Of a stretch of DNA of 64,000 nucleotides, positions 48,860-62,352 are shown in pieces. How positions within the stretch are numbered: the first letter of the stretch is position 1; each line of letters begins with the position of its first letter. A program made the translations under genes and the position numbers. Source of the DNA: the human T2T-CHM13v2.0 reference genome, Homo sapiens. The notes below the pieces were generated by a model, which did no database searches, had not been told where the DNA came from, and saw nothing but the letters and a program-made list of their open reading frames with translations. Location of the stretch: assembly GCF_009914755.1 (NCBI RefSeq), contig NC_060947.1; one strand, 5' to 3'.

Positions 48860-50880
48860 GTCTTTAATAGAATAAAAGAATATGAAACACACATTGAAAA
48901 AAGGAACTTGGAAGAAACAGAAATAATGTAGGGAGGAGAAGAAGCCATAAAATCCCTATAATTAACATTTTCAGAGAGATGCATAGATACATCATGTCCA
49001 TGAAACATGGATGCTAGAAATAAAAAGAAACATTCTAAGAATAAGAATGAATTCTGTCTGTGTCAGGGTGGTGCATGGTCCACATTGAGAAACAGAGATG
49101 CTCAGGCTGTGCCCTCAAGATGACCAAGTGGGAGACAGAAGCACCAGTGGTGGCAGAAACCCCTGACATCAAGTTCTTTGGGAAGTGGAGCACTGATGAT
49201 GCACAGATCAGTGACATTTCCCTTCAGGATTACATTGCAGTGAAGGAGAAGTATACCAAGTACCTGCCTCACAGCATAGGGCTGTATGCCGCCAATTACA
49301 TCCACAAAGTGTGATGTCCCATCATGGAGCATTTCACTAACTCAATGATGATGCATGGCCACAACAGCAAGTAGCTCATGACTCTGCCTTGTCAAGCATG
49401 CCTTCAAGATCATCCACCTGCTTACAGGCAAGAACCCTCTGCAGGTTCTGGTGAATGCCAGCATCAAATGTGGCCCTGGGAGGACTCCACATATATCGAG
49501 CAAGCTGAGACTGTGAGACAGCAGGATGTGGACATGTCCCCACTGTACCATGTGAATCAAGCCATCTGGCTGCTGTACACAGGTACCAGTGAGGCTGCCT
49601 TCCAGAATATCAAGACCATCACTGAATACCTGGCCGATAAGCTCATCAGCATTGCCAAGAACTCTTCCAACTACTATGCCATTGAGAAGAACAACCTGGA
49701 GCTCATGGCCAAGTCCAATTGCTGATTTCCTGGCTGTAGCCCAATAAACCTGTCTGCCTTTCAGGGTGGCCCCACAAAAAAAAAAAAAAAGAGAAGAAAA
49801 GAAAAAAAAAATGAGCTCCTAAAAACTCAAACTACTTGAATAGAAATTTCTTAAAATTAAAAGTTTACTTATTATGTATCTATGGATATATTTTTAATTA
49901 ATCTCTAAGAATGTAAAACAAAAGTGCAAAGAGTTGGGGAAAAGAGAAAAAGAATAGGAGAATTAGAGAACAAATATCCATTAGGAATGCCCAGAGAGAC
50001 AACAGAAAAATAGAGGGGAAGAAATAATCAAAGACATAATAAAAGAAATTTCCCTCCAAACAGAAGGAAATGAGTTTACAGACTAAAGGGCCAACTATGT
50101 ATTTAGCACAATGACTATATGACACATAGAGACACATTGTTGTGAAATTTCAGAATGCTGGGGATAAGGTCTCCAAAAATGTACCTCTCACTAACCATTT
50201 CTCAGGAAGCCACAATAACATGTGCTCTACCAAGACAAGGGAGTGGTCAAAGGAATATATGGGGTCCAGGAAGTAGAAGGTTGAACACAAGAGAATGATA
50301 AAGAAAATTCCCAGGATGAAGGTGAAAGGAAAGCCCAGGAAGAAAGCTGTGCTGTAGGTTAGGGATAGGTAAATGGAAGGGTCTGGAAAGATGTATCCAG
50401 GAAAAAAGATAGAACCAACAAATTACCTGATATGTTGGCCATATTGAGAAGCATTTTAGAGTCCTTTTGGAAAGTATGGGGTTGGGTTAGTACTAATAGG
50501 CACACAAAACTAAGCTAGTGAAAAAGAAAATCATCATTAATTCTAAGAAAAACTACAGAACTGTGTGTATGTAAGGAAGGGAAAGGATTAGAAGGAAGCT
50601 AAATCATCATATCCCATACAAGAAGTGAATTTTTAAAAACCACTTAAAATTTATATATCATAAAATAGCAATATAAGCTATAATTCCAGAATTTAGAGTT
50701 GCATACCAAAGCAAAACCATAAACCAACCAAGAGAGATAAGAATGGTTGTCTCTTAGAAGTGGGAAACAGGGATTGGGAGGATGGAGGTAGCTGTTGTTT
50801 TTTTTTTTTCAACATAGGACTTTGGGGTACTATCTGTTCAACTATATGCATTTATTACTTTAGTAAGAGTAGTAACTGTT
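48860..50880 (+). mobile_element. Ancient L1M fragments (ORF1 and later parts), interrupted by the RPS5 retrocopy
   Basis: GAAATAATCAAAGACATAATAAAAGAAATTTCCC...ACATTGTTGTGAAATTTCAGAA...CCATTTCTCAGGAAGC. Confidence 0.6.
49052..49810 (+). pseudogene. RPS5: Processed pseudogene of ribosomal protein S5 (uS7)
   Basis: Intronless; ATG at 49120 gives [27 protein letters not shown]...; C-terminus [27 protein letters not shown]...AKSN; internal stops and frameshift; AATAAA at 49743 plus poly(A). Symbol is the parent gene. Confidence 0.96.
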
Positions 50881-50952
50881 GAATAGTGTCTTGTGGAGTT
50901 TATATAATTCAAATAAAATTCTTAGCACACTACTTGAAGCATATAAGTGTCA

Positions 50953-51261
<309 letters not shown>

Positions 51262-52029
51262 TAAACTCCCTGTTATATAGTATGTACTAAAAAAACATAA
51301 AGTGGAAAGTAGTTATAATATTAGCTATAGAAAACTATGTTTATTTAATCAGGAAGGTCAGCCGGCTCTATAGTGTTGGAAATCATGTAAGTCTTTGGCT
51401 TTCAGCCATTTTAGATCATTAGGGCTACTTCCTATCTTCTATTCACACACAAAAATTGAGAGCTTTACTATCACTTCCTTTATTCTTGTAAGTCAAGAAA
51501 GACAATTGTGCCTTTGTCCTTCTGACATTTAGCCCAGAAGTGAAATGGGCTACAACACAAATAAATGACCTGGTTTTGTTTTGTAAAGCACATGAAACCT
51601 TGATGTCTCAGACTGGATAGAGTTTTCTCCAACTTTGCAAAGGTGCTGATACTTCTATTTGCAAGGCTGAAGACACTGACTTTCCCTGATAGCTAAGCAA
51701 CCAAAACTTTGAACTCTCAGGTTAGGGAAATGAAATCTGAAAAAACAGCTTAAGGATCTCCTATGATCTTCTCCACATCTAGAAGTGTACCTGGGGAGTT
51801 TTTTTTTCCCAAGACTTCCCACATCCAAAAATCTTAAATTCTGCTTTGTTTATTTGTTTGAGTTTTTTCTTTCCTTCTATTTAATTGCAAACTAGAACTA
51901 TGCATTGAGACAGTTTGATTTTGATTAAAGGCCTAGTCACACACAATTTGGATAACATTTCCTATTCTCCAAAAGAGTCGAAAATTTGTAGAATAAAGAG
52001 GGCATATAGGTGGTGTCGTTTCCAATACA

Positions 52030-52250
52030 ACTCTGGACTGTGGTGTCAAATTGTCCTGGGTTTGAGTCTCAATTCTACCACTTCCTGTCACCGTAAGCAA
52101 GTTACTTAACTTCTATGCCTCAATTTTCACATCTGGTAAATGGAGACAGTCATAGCATCCACTCTCTAAAATTCTTGTAAAGATTAAATGAGATATGGCA
52201 TGATAATCACTTCTCACAGTGCTTGGTGCATAGTAAGCACCAGAAAATTG
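52030..52250 (+). mobile_element. MIR
   Basis: CAAGTTACTTAACTTCTATGCCTCAATTTTC...AAGATTAAATGAGAT. Confidence 0.8.
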
Positions 52251-52337
52251 AAAGCAGTTTTCCTTATTCCTCTTATCTCTCTAGGAAATGAAACCAATCC
52301 TTTCTATTTGAGGTATGGCAATCAAAAGGTACCCAAT

Positions 52338-52737
52338 CATTGGATAAAGAAAATGTGGTATGTATACACCATGGAATATTATACAACCATAAAAAAGAAT
52401 GAAACCATGTCCTTTGCAGCAATATGGATGCAGCTGGAGGCCATTATCCTTAGCAAATTAAGGCAGGAACAGAAAACCAAATACTGTCATGTTTCACTTA
52501 CAAGTGGGAGCTAAACATTGGGTACACATGGATATAAAGATGGCAACATTAGACACTGGGATCTGCTAGAGAAGGCAGAGAGAGAGGATGGGGGCAGGAG
52601 CTAAAAAACTGCCTGTTGGGTACTATGCTCACTACCTGGGTGACAAGATCATTCAAACCCCAAACCTCATCATCATACAATAAACCCACAACAAACGTGT
52701 ACTCTCGAAATCTAAAATAAATGTTTAAATTACAAAA
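52338..52737 (+). mobile_element. 5'-truncated L1PA/L1PB 3' end
   Basis: TGGATAAAGAAAATGTGG...ATGGATGCAGCTGGAGGCCATTATCC...GGGTACTATGCTCACTACCTGGGTGA; TSD AAAAG(G/T)TACCCAAT. Confidence 0.93.
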
Positions 52738-52891
52738 AAAGTTACCCAATTGAGCCTTAGATATATCATCCAAACTGGAAAAGTATAAAAGTTGGAGGTA
52801 GCCCAAATTATCAAAATTAATACTTTTCATTTCTTCATGGTAAAAGGAAAGCTATTTTTAAAAATTCAACTGTGGTTTCTCATCGTGTCTC

Positions 52892-52910
52892 TGGCGCCCA
52901 CTAGTGGTAA
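52892..52910 (-). promoter_or_regulatory. Candidate CTCF site
   Basis: Minus strand TTACCACTAGTGGGCGCCA versus core CCACYAGRKGGCGC (one mismatch), with CpG retained in unique sequence. Confidence 0.4.
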
Positions 52911-55574
52911 AATACATGAATTTTCTCCCAGTTTCTGGGTGCATTTTGAAAATACGGCCCAATATTTAAGCTCTAAACTGGAACTGAGAGATAATTCTTT
53001 AAACTGCAGCTGTGATGTTTGTTTTTTTGACTCAAATCAAGATGTTACATATTTTATCTGTGTTTACCCTTACAACTCTGGCTGCTGAAAGCACGCACAC
53101 GTGCACACACATTTCCTGGGTCAAATTCAGGTCAAACTTTTGAAAGAAAATAGTTCTTGTTTTAGACTTGGATTCTCTACTTAGACTGGGATGAAAATAC
53201 AAGATGACCTAATGAAGAACTAACAACGCACCAGTAGTTACAACCTTGGAGATTACCAGGCCAGATCTATAGGAACCACACAAGAGCTGAAAAACTCCAA
53301 CTACGGATTGGCACTGGTAGTTTACATGGATAACTTTGATGAAGAAAATAATCTTTCATAGCCTGCACTGAGGAACTTCTGGGAAAAGTCATTTGAAGTT
53401 CTGTTAATTATTCAGCAAATTATTTTCATATTTTACTTTAAATCTACATTACTTAGATTGTCTCTTTGTCATTGGTTGCTTGAGAAAGATTTAAAAGAGA
53501 TCAAGACAACTACATTTTCAATTAAAAGACAATCATAAAACCTTCTAATTTGGATCACCATGCAACATCCGGCCTGGGGAAAAAGGAAAGGCCATTTCCG
53601 ATTCCAGTGGCTTGAGAAATTTCTGACGTAAAAGTTCTATTAAATGTTTATTTAATCAAAAAGAATGACTAAATTCTTTGTTGTCATGCCTCATGTTGCT
53701 TCATGATTTTCTCTATTTTTTCCTTCTTTGTGTTCTTTACCCTATCTATTGCCATTCCTTTTCCCTACACCTCTCTCAAATCAATTCTGCTTTATCTTAC
53801 AGGGTTAGGAATCAGATTTCAAGTTTCCTGAGACACCACCTCCACAGAACCATTGAATTTACATCATCATTAAATAGTGTATTCCAGAAAATATGACTAA
53901 ATAACCAAAGTTGCCACGGTTTCAGAGCTTCTAGGAAGGGAGTTGCTTTTCTTGGCTCTGCTCTGAAATATGCTCCCCAACATGCCCAATTTTGCTTTCT
54001 CTTTGTCTGTTGGACAATGCAGCCTGCACCATATTCGCTACACCTCCCACATTGCCTAAGACCTCAATTATTGTAACCTTGTTCTATCTCTGCATATTTG
54101 GTAATTGAATAAAATAACGTATTGTACCCAGCAAATAGTGTCCTGTACCCATCCAGTGCAGAACACAGAATGCGCTGGAGAATTAATGGAGCACAGAGAA
54201 AACGTTCTAGCAGTGGGAATCATCTGAGAAAATCTTCAGCTAATGAGCTGGGAAGCTGGTTTTGCCATTTGGGATATGAGCCTCCCCAAACTACCAAAAT
54301 GTGACTTTACTTTGCCTACTATGGATCATAATGATAACAAACAATAAAAAAAAGAAAAATCAACAAAGAAATAGATCCTAGGTCTCCCAAAATACAACTG
54401 AATAAAAGCTAGAAGACACAAAGGTATAAACCTTGCTTGTAAAATCTAACCCTACTTATAAAAGTTGTCATATTGAGCAGAAACTATGTCTTGACTGAAT
54501 TTTTTGTATCTTCTCCCGAAGCCAGAAAAGTGCTCTCAATGAACTCAAGTGAGCGTTGACATGAACTTGATTGTCTCTCTCTTGGTTAGGGAAAAGTGCA
54601 ATTACTGAAATGGTTGTGAAATTCTGGGACCAAGTTCGGCCCATTTCAGGCAGAGGGGTTACCCACTTCGAGGAAAGTGCTGAGATTAGCCCAGTTTCCT
54701 ATGACTTCTGCACCACTTTAATTTCTGCTCATTACAGAGCAAGACCCTCAAGGGCTTTTGGAGCCCTTGAAGAAAGAATCAGCCACGCTTAGTAGAATTT
54801 TAGTGTTAAATGTGTTTTACTGTCTTCCTATTCTTTTTTAAATTGAGAATTCTCATACAGGACATAAGTAGTTCCAAGCTTACAAATAGAGTCAGTTCTA
54901 AAAATGTGTTTGTAAGTCAGTTTTTTGAACTCAGATTCCATTTCCCCAAGGATCAATAGTGTAAATGTTGACTAGGTTCCAAGTCCAACCTGGAAGAGTT
55001 TCTCTAACCTTTAATGTTGATGAAATACTGAATCTTGGCCAAAGAAAATAGCAGAAAATGGTTGTAGCAAAACCAATAATTAAATGAAGCAGAAATAAAT
55101 TGAATAATTATTTTTTTCTCTAATGCTAATGCTTGGAGCAAAACAAGTTTAATTGTAGAAGAAGGTGGAAGTAGGTGGAGACTTTTGTAGCAATTTAAAT
55201 TGGGAGGCTTTTGGGTTTCTTGAGGAGCTATGCACTCGCTGGCTCCGGTGCCTTATTCTGCTTTACTGCTAATCTTCCTCTCCTATTTCAGAGTGAGGTT
55301 CATGGTGCTCAAGAGTTGACCATCTGGCAATTAGTGGATCTTGGACTACCATGTTCAAACTCCTATTATTCGGCTTGTTTTATCACTTAGTTATTGCAGG
55401 CTAGCCTGGCGATTTGATAATCATACAGTTACGCATTTTTTAAATTTATAGTCATGTATTCTTTCATTTATGCCCACAGTGGATTGTTGGCTAAAGACAA
55501 GAAACACAGGACTGCTGTTGAAATGCAAGTGAATAAGGATGATAAGAATGATAGTGATTCTGAAAATTCGTTTT

Positions 55575-55968
55575 TGTATGAGCTGAATTGTGTTCCCTAC
55601 CCCACAACAAATGCATATGTTGAAGTCCTAACTTCAAGTACTTCCGAATGTGTCTGTGTTTAGAGATAAGGTATTTTAAGAGGTAATTAAGTTAAAATGA
55701 GGTCATTAGGGCAGGCCCTAATCCACTATGACTGCTGTCCTTATAAGAGGAGGAAATTTGAACACAGACACACACAGAGAGGAGACCATGAAGACACAGG
55801 GAGAAGACAACTATCTCCAAGCCAAGGAAAGAGGCCACAGAAGAAACCAATCCTGCCAACTCCTTGATCTTGGCACCTAGTCTCCAGAATTGTGAGAAAA
55901 TAAATGTCTGTTGTTTAAGCCACTCAGTCTGTGGTACTTTGTTATGGAAGCCCTAGTAAACCAATATA
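55575..55968 (+). mobile_element. MLT1B-like MaLR LTR
   Basis: CTGAATTGTGTTCCC...ATATGTTGAAGTCCTAAC...GTTAAAATGAGGTCATTAGGG...AATAAATGTCTGTTGTTTAAGCC. Confidence 0.9.
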
Positions 55969-56519
55969 TTGTCTGAAACTGCTGTTTATCAGATTCCTAA
56001 GTGATAACAATCTGATTTTAAAAATTATATAGTACATTAAGCTATCTCTCACACTTTAAACATCAATGGCAAAACTAAAGGTATAGTAACAATTATATCT
56101 AATTTGGCTCTACATTTCTTGGGGAAAAAAGAATAAACACATTTGCTATGTTATTGGTGAAGAAAGTCTGGAGAAATAGTATTTTCTTCTAATGTCTTCA
56201 TTTAGAAACAAAATACTAAAATTATGTAAATATGTGAACTTATCTTTACAATACAAAATGCAACAATTTCAAACAGCATGACATGAAAGCAGTTTTTGTC
56301 TAGTTTTGATGCCATAATACGTAACTGCTTTTGACATTTTAATATACATTCAGTCTCCAAATAAAACATACTGTAATATTATGTTTATAGTTGTCAAAAA
56401 TTATGTTCATTTTGCATACTTTAAACAGTTTGCATCACTCAAATAAGATAAATCAATTTTTCCTATATTTTAAATAATATTAAAAATTGCATTAAAATAT
56501 ATTTTTAAAATGTTAGCAT

Positions 56520-57061
56520 TGTGGTAGGAAGCCTCTGAGATTGCCCCCAGTGATTCCCACCTCCTGGTATTTAGGCCCTTGTGTAATCCCAACCCCATGC
56601 ATGTGGGCTGAATCTAGTTACTTGCTCCTAAGAGAATATGGCAAAAGTAATGGGACTACACTTTTGAGACTAAGTTATGATTTCTCCCTTGCTTTCTTTT
56701 TCTCTCTCCTTTGCTCATTCTGAAGGAAGTCAACTGCCATTTTATGAGCTGTGAGCTGCCCTATGGAGAGGTCCACATGGCAAGGAACTGATGTCTCTGG
56801 CCAACAGCCAGAGAGGACTGAATCCTTCTAGCTACCACAGAAGTGAGTTTGGAAGCAGATCCTTCCCCAAGCTGAGCCTTCAGATGAGACCACAGACCAT
56901 GCACTGCACCTTGATTGCAGCCTTCTGAGAGACCCTAAGCCAGAGACATCCAACTACACCATGCTCAAGTTGCTGACCCACAGATACCATGAGATAATAA
57001 ATGTTGTCTTAAGCTACTGATTTTGGGGTAATTTGCTTTGAAGTAATAGATAGCTAATGCA
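56520..57061 (+). mobile_element. MLT1F-like MaLR LTR
   Basis: TGTGGTAGG...GATTCCCACCTCCTGGTAT...TTGGAAGCAGATCCTTCCCC...GAGATAATAAATG. Confidence 0.85.
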
Positions 57062-57199
57062 ATCTTCAATAATATAATGATCTAAAATAAAATACTTTTG
57101 TTTACCATTTATTTTTTATTATGGCAAGAATGAGAAAATCTCTGGAAAATCTTTGGGTTGTACTAGCCAGGAATGATCACAAAGGAAGCAATTATTTCC

Positions 57200-57545
57200 C
57201 CTAGACCTGAGTTACCTGAAGGCACTGGTTAAAAATTCAGATGTCTGAAGCCTACCCTGGAACTACCAGATCAGAAGATCTAGTGGATGAGTCCAGAAAT
57301 CTGTATCTTAACAAATCCCACCCCACCAAGCAAATCCAATGCTCATTGAAGTGTGAGACTTATTTTTTTTCAGAGAGGCATTTATACAATTTAACTGTTC
57401 TCAAGCATGGCTGTGCATCAGATTCCTCTTGGGAGTTTATTCAATCCTGAATTCTACTCCAGACTTGTTGCAGCAGAATCTTTGAGGATAAGCCAAGGAA
57501 TCTGTATTTTTAAGGCTGCCTAGTTACTTCTGAAGAAATTCCTTA
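57200..57545. mobile_element. Two MER5-like fragments
   Basis: AATCTGTATCTTAACAA and TTCTCAAGCATGGCTGTGCATCAGA...GGAATCTGTATTTT. Confidence 0.6.
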
Positions 57546-58014
57546 ATGACAAGCCAGGCCTGGTCAGGAAATGTCACTGAATCATTCTTGGCTTGTGCCA
57601 CCCACCTATTCTGTCCTTAAACTTGGAAAATAATGCTTATACTATCTTATATCTTATCAGTCCTAGAGGCAGCCACCCACACCTCAGGTCACATGGGCTA
57701 AGAGAGAAAACAGGAGCCTGGGTTTGGGGGAAAGGCCCTTGGACTACAAGTGACAACATTCAGTGATATCAGGGTAGGAATAAAGCACATAAATGAGTAT
57801 TCTACATATTCTACACTTCTGGAGGCACCTGCAACTCAGGTCACATGGACTATAAGAGAAAACAAGGACTCCATCACTAACAGTATCTGGAAATCTCCAC
57901 GGTGGCACGATGAGGCATGACTGTCAAGCAGTTTGACCTGTTTAGTAGTTGGCCCCCGACCTTTTCTTTTTCCACTATATCCCAGTGAGCAGGCTAACGA
58001 GATTCGTGATAACA

Positions 58015-58250
58015 ACACTATGCCTTATTTCAGGAGTCTTGTTACAGTCAAGTTCTGTGTTAAAGGCTTAGCATGCAAGGACTCATTTAATACATTAACC
58101 TTGTGAAGGAAGTACATCAGTAGTCTCCATTTTATTCATGAAGAAACTAAGGCTCAGAGAGGTTGTGTGGCTTGCCATGAGTTACAAAGCTAGAAAGTGG
58201 CAGAGCTTGAACTCAAACCCAAGTCTATTTGACTCCAGAGGCTGGGACCA
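58015..58250 (-). mobile_element. MIR
   Basis: CCATTTTATTCATGAAGAAACTAAGGCTCAGAGAGG...GAACTCAAACCCAAGTCT. Confidence 0.8.
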
Positions 58251-60589
58251 TAAGCATAAATTCTTTTATTTGTAAGATGATACCACTTGTTTCCTTTGGC
58301 TAGTTTGTTCACCACTTAGCCTAACAATGGCCACAACTGGAACTGTTTCTTTTATTTTAGCTTCAGGGCTTCCCAGGTTGGGTGTCGAGTTGATCTCAGC
58401 TGGCTGCCAGCCCTGGCTGTAAGCTCTGAAGATCCTCCAGATAAGAACTGTTCTTATAAATTCTGGCTCCTGGACTAGTTATGGGGACAGGATGAAAGGC
58501 TCCAGAGTAATCCTTTAAGCTCTCCTAGGCAGTTGCAAGGGTATCCATCACCAGACCTGTTGCCTGAGACACTGGCATTCCTGAGACCCCAGGCCATACA
58601 GATAGAGTGGCCGCTGGCTCTAGTATAATCAGAAACTAACTGTCTTGTTAACTCTTTGTTCTGGTGTCAAACTGACACTCATAATTAGCTTTGAAAGCAA
58701 CATAGGGGCTATGGCTGGCCATTGCATAGGAGACATAAAGGGCAAGGAGGAGAAATGTACTCAACAGTGTCAGTGGGCAAGTAACTTCTCTCTCTCAGGG
58801 ACAGACCCTGACTCTGGTGTCCCTCTCCTGAGTTTCCTTATGTATAGCTGGAGTAGGAATCACTCCACTGGGCTTGGGGATCCTACCTTGGCTCTGACCT
58901 GGCCCAAGGGCCTTCTCTGCTGGTGAGAGCCCCAAAGCTGGTGCTGTGCTCCCTAGCTGAGAGAACCCTCCCCTTCTGAGCCAGCACTCAAGGGCCTCTT
59001 GGAAAAGCTGCTTCTGTGAACCAGAGGAAACAACAGCCCATAAGAGAAGATTCTAGGAGTTCTCGGGTCCCAGTAATTGTGGAGCAAGAGTGTCCACAAT
59101 AACTCATTTCCTAGCCTCTGGCAACTAGGGGGCATTGAAGATCATTTTAGCAGGGACTGGAAGAGAGGCTTCTCAGACTTATGTGATCCAATGGGTCAGA
59201 TTTGCCCGGCCTGGGGATTAGCTGAGACTGCACCTACTCATAACCACTCACTTGGTGGATTCAGAAGAGAAAACAGAAATAAATCCTATGGGTCAGGGAG
59301 ACTGGCTGACTATATCATAAAAGCCCCTGCAAGGCAAGAGGTTCTTGAAACTTGGAGTTAACTGGGATCTGTCCTACTTCCCTGAAGAAGTTCTAAGCAA
59401 TTGGCTTTGGAACTCCAAGGACTTAACAAATAAATCACTGGGAGACCAAAGCCATCTTGGTTAGTGTTCTGAAAACAAAGTTAGGTCAAGGTTCACACGT
59501 CAGTGTTAAACATCAAGGGCTAAGGCTAAGCTAGAGTTTCCTGGAGGTTCCTTGCAAGCTTTTGGGAACCTCAGAGAAGATACAGCTCACTTTCTGATGA
59601 TTACCTTAAGCAGCAAGAAAGGCCAACTTTTAACACTCTTGGGCCTGAGAGCAAAATTTTAGTAGCTGCTCCTGAGTTTCCTCCCATTCCTCACACTTGA
59701 TGCCTAGTTATTCATGGCCTAAAGTAAGACAGAAATGCCTCAGGGGCAGCATTTCTGAAGAAACAACCTAGGTTTGTGTCTGTGGGAACTTGGGGAATAA
59801 CTGGGTCCCTGGAGGTTAAACAGCTACTGCTCCCAGGGCAGTTTTCCCAAGCATTGCCAGAATTTCTGAGCTGTCTTCAGATTGCATCTAAGAAGAGGGT
59901 GTCAAGTGACTTACTCCTAAAGGGACAAAAAAAGAGGTGGTAAGGAAGAGGCCTCAGAGTAGCTGTATCCTGTGCTAAACCCTAGGTAGTCCAGTCCCAG
60001 CACTCACTCTCAGTCCAAGAAAAATATAGCAAAATATAGAAGACATTAAAATGGCCTAGGTTGGGTGTGTGTGTGTAGACTTTCTTAGTTTCTATGTCTC
60101 CAACTCAGATAATGGTGACTGTTTATAACAAATCTCAGTTAAAGTAACACCTATGATTATGGATATAAGCCATTTCCTACCATCCTGGATAAGTGCTGCT
60201 TGCATTCAGAATGTGACTAAAACTATCATGCCTAACTTGTTGCATTAGATTTATGGGATTATGGGATTTTGTTCCGGGACCTGCTAGGTCTAATTAAAGT
60301 GTTAGGACTCCTAGGAGACCAGTTGTGGTTTGCACAGACAGGAGCTTGAAAACATGCTGCCGTGAATGTGTTCCCAGCTCTGCAGCAGTGGAGATGCAGT
60401 TGCTGGAACTGAGTGCTCCAGGTGTCAGTGTAGAGTTGTGGTCTTTGTCCTTGCTGCCCCAAATCCCCAATCGTTAATTTATTGGGTTTTGTTAGAAGAC
60501 ATTCCCACACTAAAGAACTCAAGAACTGAAGTGACTGTTCTTGCCTTGCTTCATGGCCCCTCTGTGGGCATGAGTTCTGTGCACAGAGC

Positions 60590-60678
60590 TCCTTCCTCCT
60601 TCCTTCCCTCCCTCTCTCCCTCCTTCCTGCCTTACTTCCTTCCTCCCTCCCTTCCTCCCTCCCTCCCTCCCTTCCTTC
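60590..60678. repeat. (CCTT/CCCT)n polypyrimidine tract
   Basis: Direct reading. Confidence 0.95.
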
Positions 60679-60879
60679 TGTCACAGGCCTGAGTGCAGCC
60701 CTGGAACAAGGACCATGATCCTGAGGGGAAGGGGATGTTTCTGGGAAGGGCCAGAAGAAGGGTGTCTTCTCACTCCAGGCTGGCATCTGCTACCACCTCA
60801 CTCTTCAAATACTGGGGCTCGCCTGACTCTGTCCCCAGCCTTTGCCCTGGAGGAGTAAAATGGGACAAGAGAAACCCCA

Positions 60880-61860
60880 TCCAGTCCCATGAGGTCAACT
60901 AATATCCCTTGACTGTGGTGGCTTTCCAGCCCCCATGTCTCGCCTGGGCTCAAAGCCAAGATTCCCAGTTTCTTGCTGGACATGTCCTCTATCTAGCACC
61001 CCAAACCCAACAAGTCCAAACAGACCTTGTCACCTGTCTCCCCTCACTCCCCCTCTCTACTAACAGTCTTGTGTTCCCTGCCTCAGTTGACAGTATCACC
61101 ACGGACCCAAGCTGGAACCTCAGGGTCCTTGTCATCTTTTCCCTCTCCTTGACCCCATGAGAGCCAGCCCTGAGGTTTCTACCTATTGACATGTGCCCTG
61201 AGTCATCCCCTCCTCTCGGCTCTCACTGCCACGGTCGTGGTTCAGAGCCTGTTCCACTTCTTGCCCAGACCCTGGAGATGGTCTCCCAATTGGTCCGCAT
61301 GCAGCTGGCCTCTCTTCCCTCCAATCCTTCCACACCCTGGTGCGGTAAGTACTGTCTTCCTGGTCTGTCCCACATCTGCCTTAATAAAAAGCTCCAGTGG
61401 CTCCCTCTTGCTCACAGAACAAAACCCTCAGCTTGGCCAATAGGGCTGTGAATAGCTGACTCCGAACACTCGTCCACTTGCCTTCTGCTGCTGCCTGTGG
61501 TGCGCCCAGCCATGATTGTCCCACCCTCTGGAACATGCAGTAGGCCCTGTCACACAAATATTGCTCCCTCTGCCTGGAATATCCTTCCCCTCCCTCCACT
61601 ATTCCTTGTGACGAAACCTGCCATCACCCAAGATGCCTCTCAAGCCTCCTTCATCCATTAAGCCTTCTCCAACTTCTCCAGGTATGTTCCTCTACCACAG
61701 CACCCATTGGACCATGAGGGCTTATGTGTGCCTCGGTCCCTCCTACTGCATGGGGAGGACCCCAAAGGTTGCCTGGGACCACGTTGGGTTCTCCTTTGCA
61801 TTCTCAAAGTTTAGTGCAATGCTTGATATACAGTAGGTGCTTGATAAATGTTTGTTGTTT
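60880..61860 (+). mobile_element. L2 fragment with 3' end
   Basis: CTCCAGTGGCTCCC...CAGAACAAAACCC, CCCTCTGCCTGGAAT and CAGTAGGTGCTTGATAAATGTTTGTTG. Confidence 0.7.
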
Positions 61861-61882
61861 AATCCCTTCTTATTCTACAATC

Positions 61883-62352
61883 TTTCATGTGTGTCCGTGT
61901 GAAGAGACCACCAAACAGCCTTTGTGTGAGCAACATGGCTGTTTATTTCACCTGGGTGCAGGCGGGCTGAGTCCGAAAAGAGTCAGCGAAGGGAGATAGG
62001 GGTGGGGCCATTTTATAGGATTTGGGAAGGTAATGGAAAATTACAGTCAAAGGGGGTTGTTCTCTGGTGGGCAGGGGTGGATCTCACAAGGTACATTCTC
62101 AAGGGTGGGGAGAATTACAAAGAACCTTCTTAAGGGTGGGGGAGACTACAAAGTACCTTCTTAAGGGTGGGGGAGATTACAAAGTACATTGATCAGTTAG
62201 GGTGGGGCAGGAACAAATCACAATGGTGGAATGTCATCAGTTAAGGCTGTTTTTACTTCTTTTGTGGATCTTCAGTTACTTCAGGCCATCTGGATGTATA
62301 CATGCAAGTCACAGGGGATGCGATGGCCTGGCCTGGGCTTAGAGGCCTGACA
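61883..62352 (-). mobile_element. HERV-H 3' LTR (LTR7Y-type)
   Basis: Reverse complement TGTCAGGCC...ATGAAA; LTR7B-like 27-bp repeats plus the block ACCAGAGAACAACCCCCTTTGACTG...CCTATAAAA; polypurine tract AAGAAGGCAGGAA abuts at 62353-62365. Confidence 0.93.

Noticed and set aside
55260-55300. Strong-looking plus-strand acceptor CTAATCTTCCTCTCCTATTTCAG
   Set aside because: No convincing paired donor or open frame; isolated acceptors are common
60259-60786. 175-aa minus-strand ORF
   Set aside because: Kept open by the GGAA/GGGA simple repeat; low complexity
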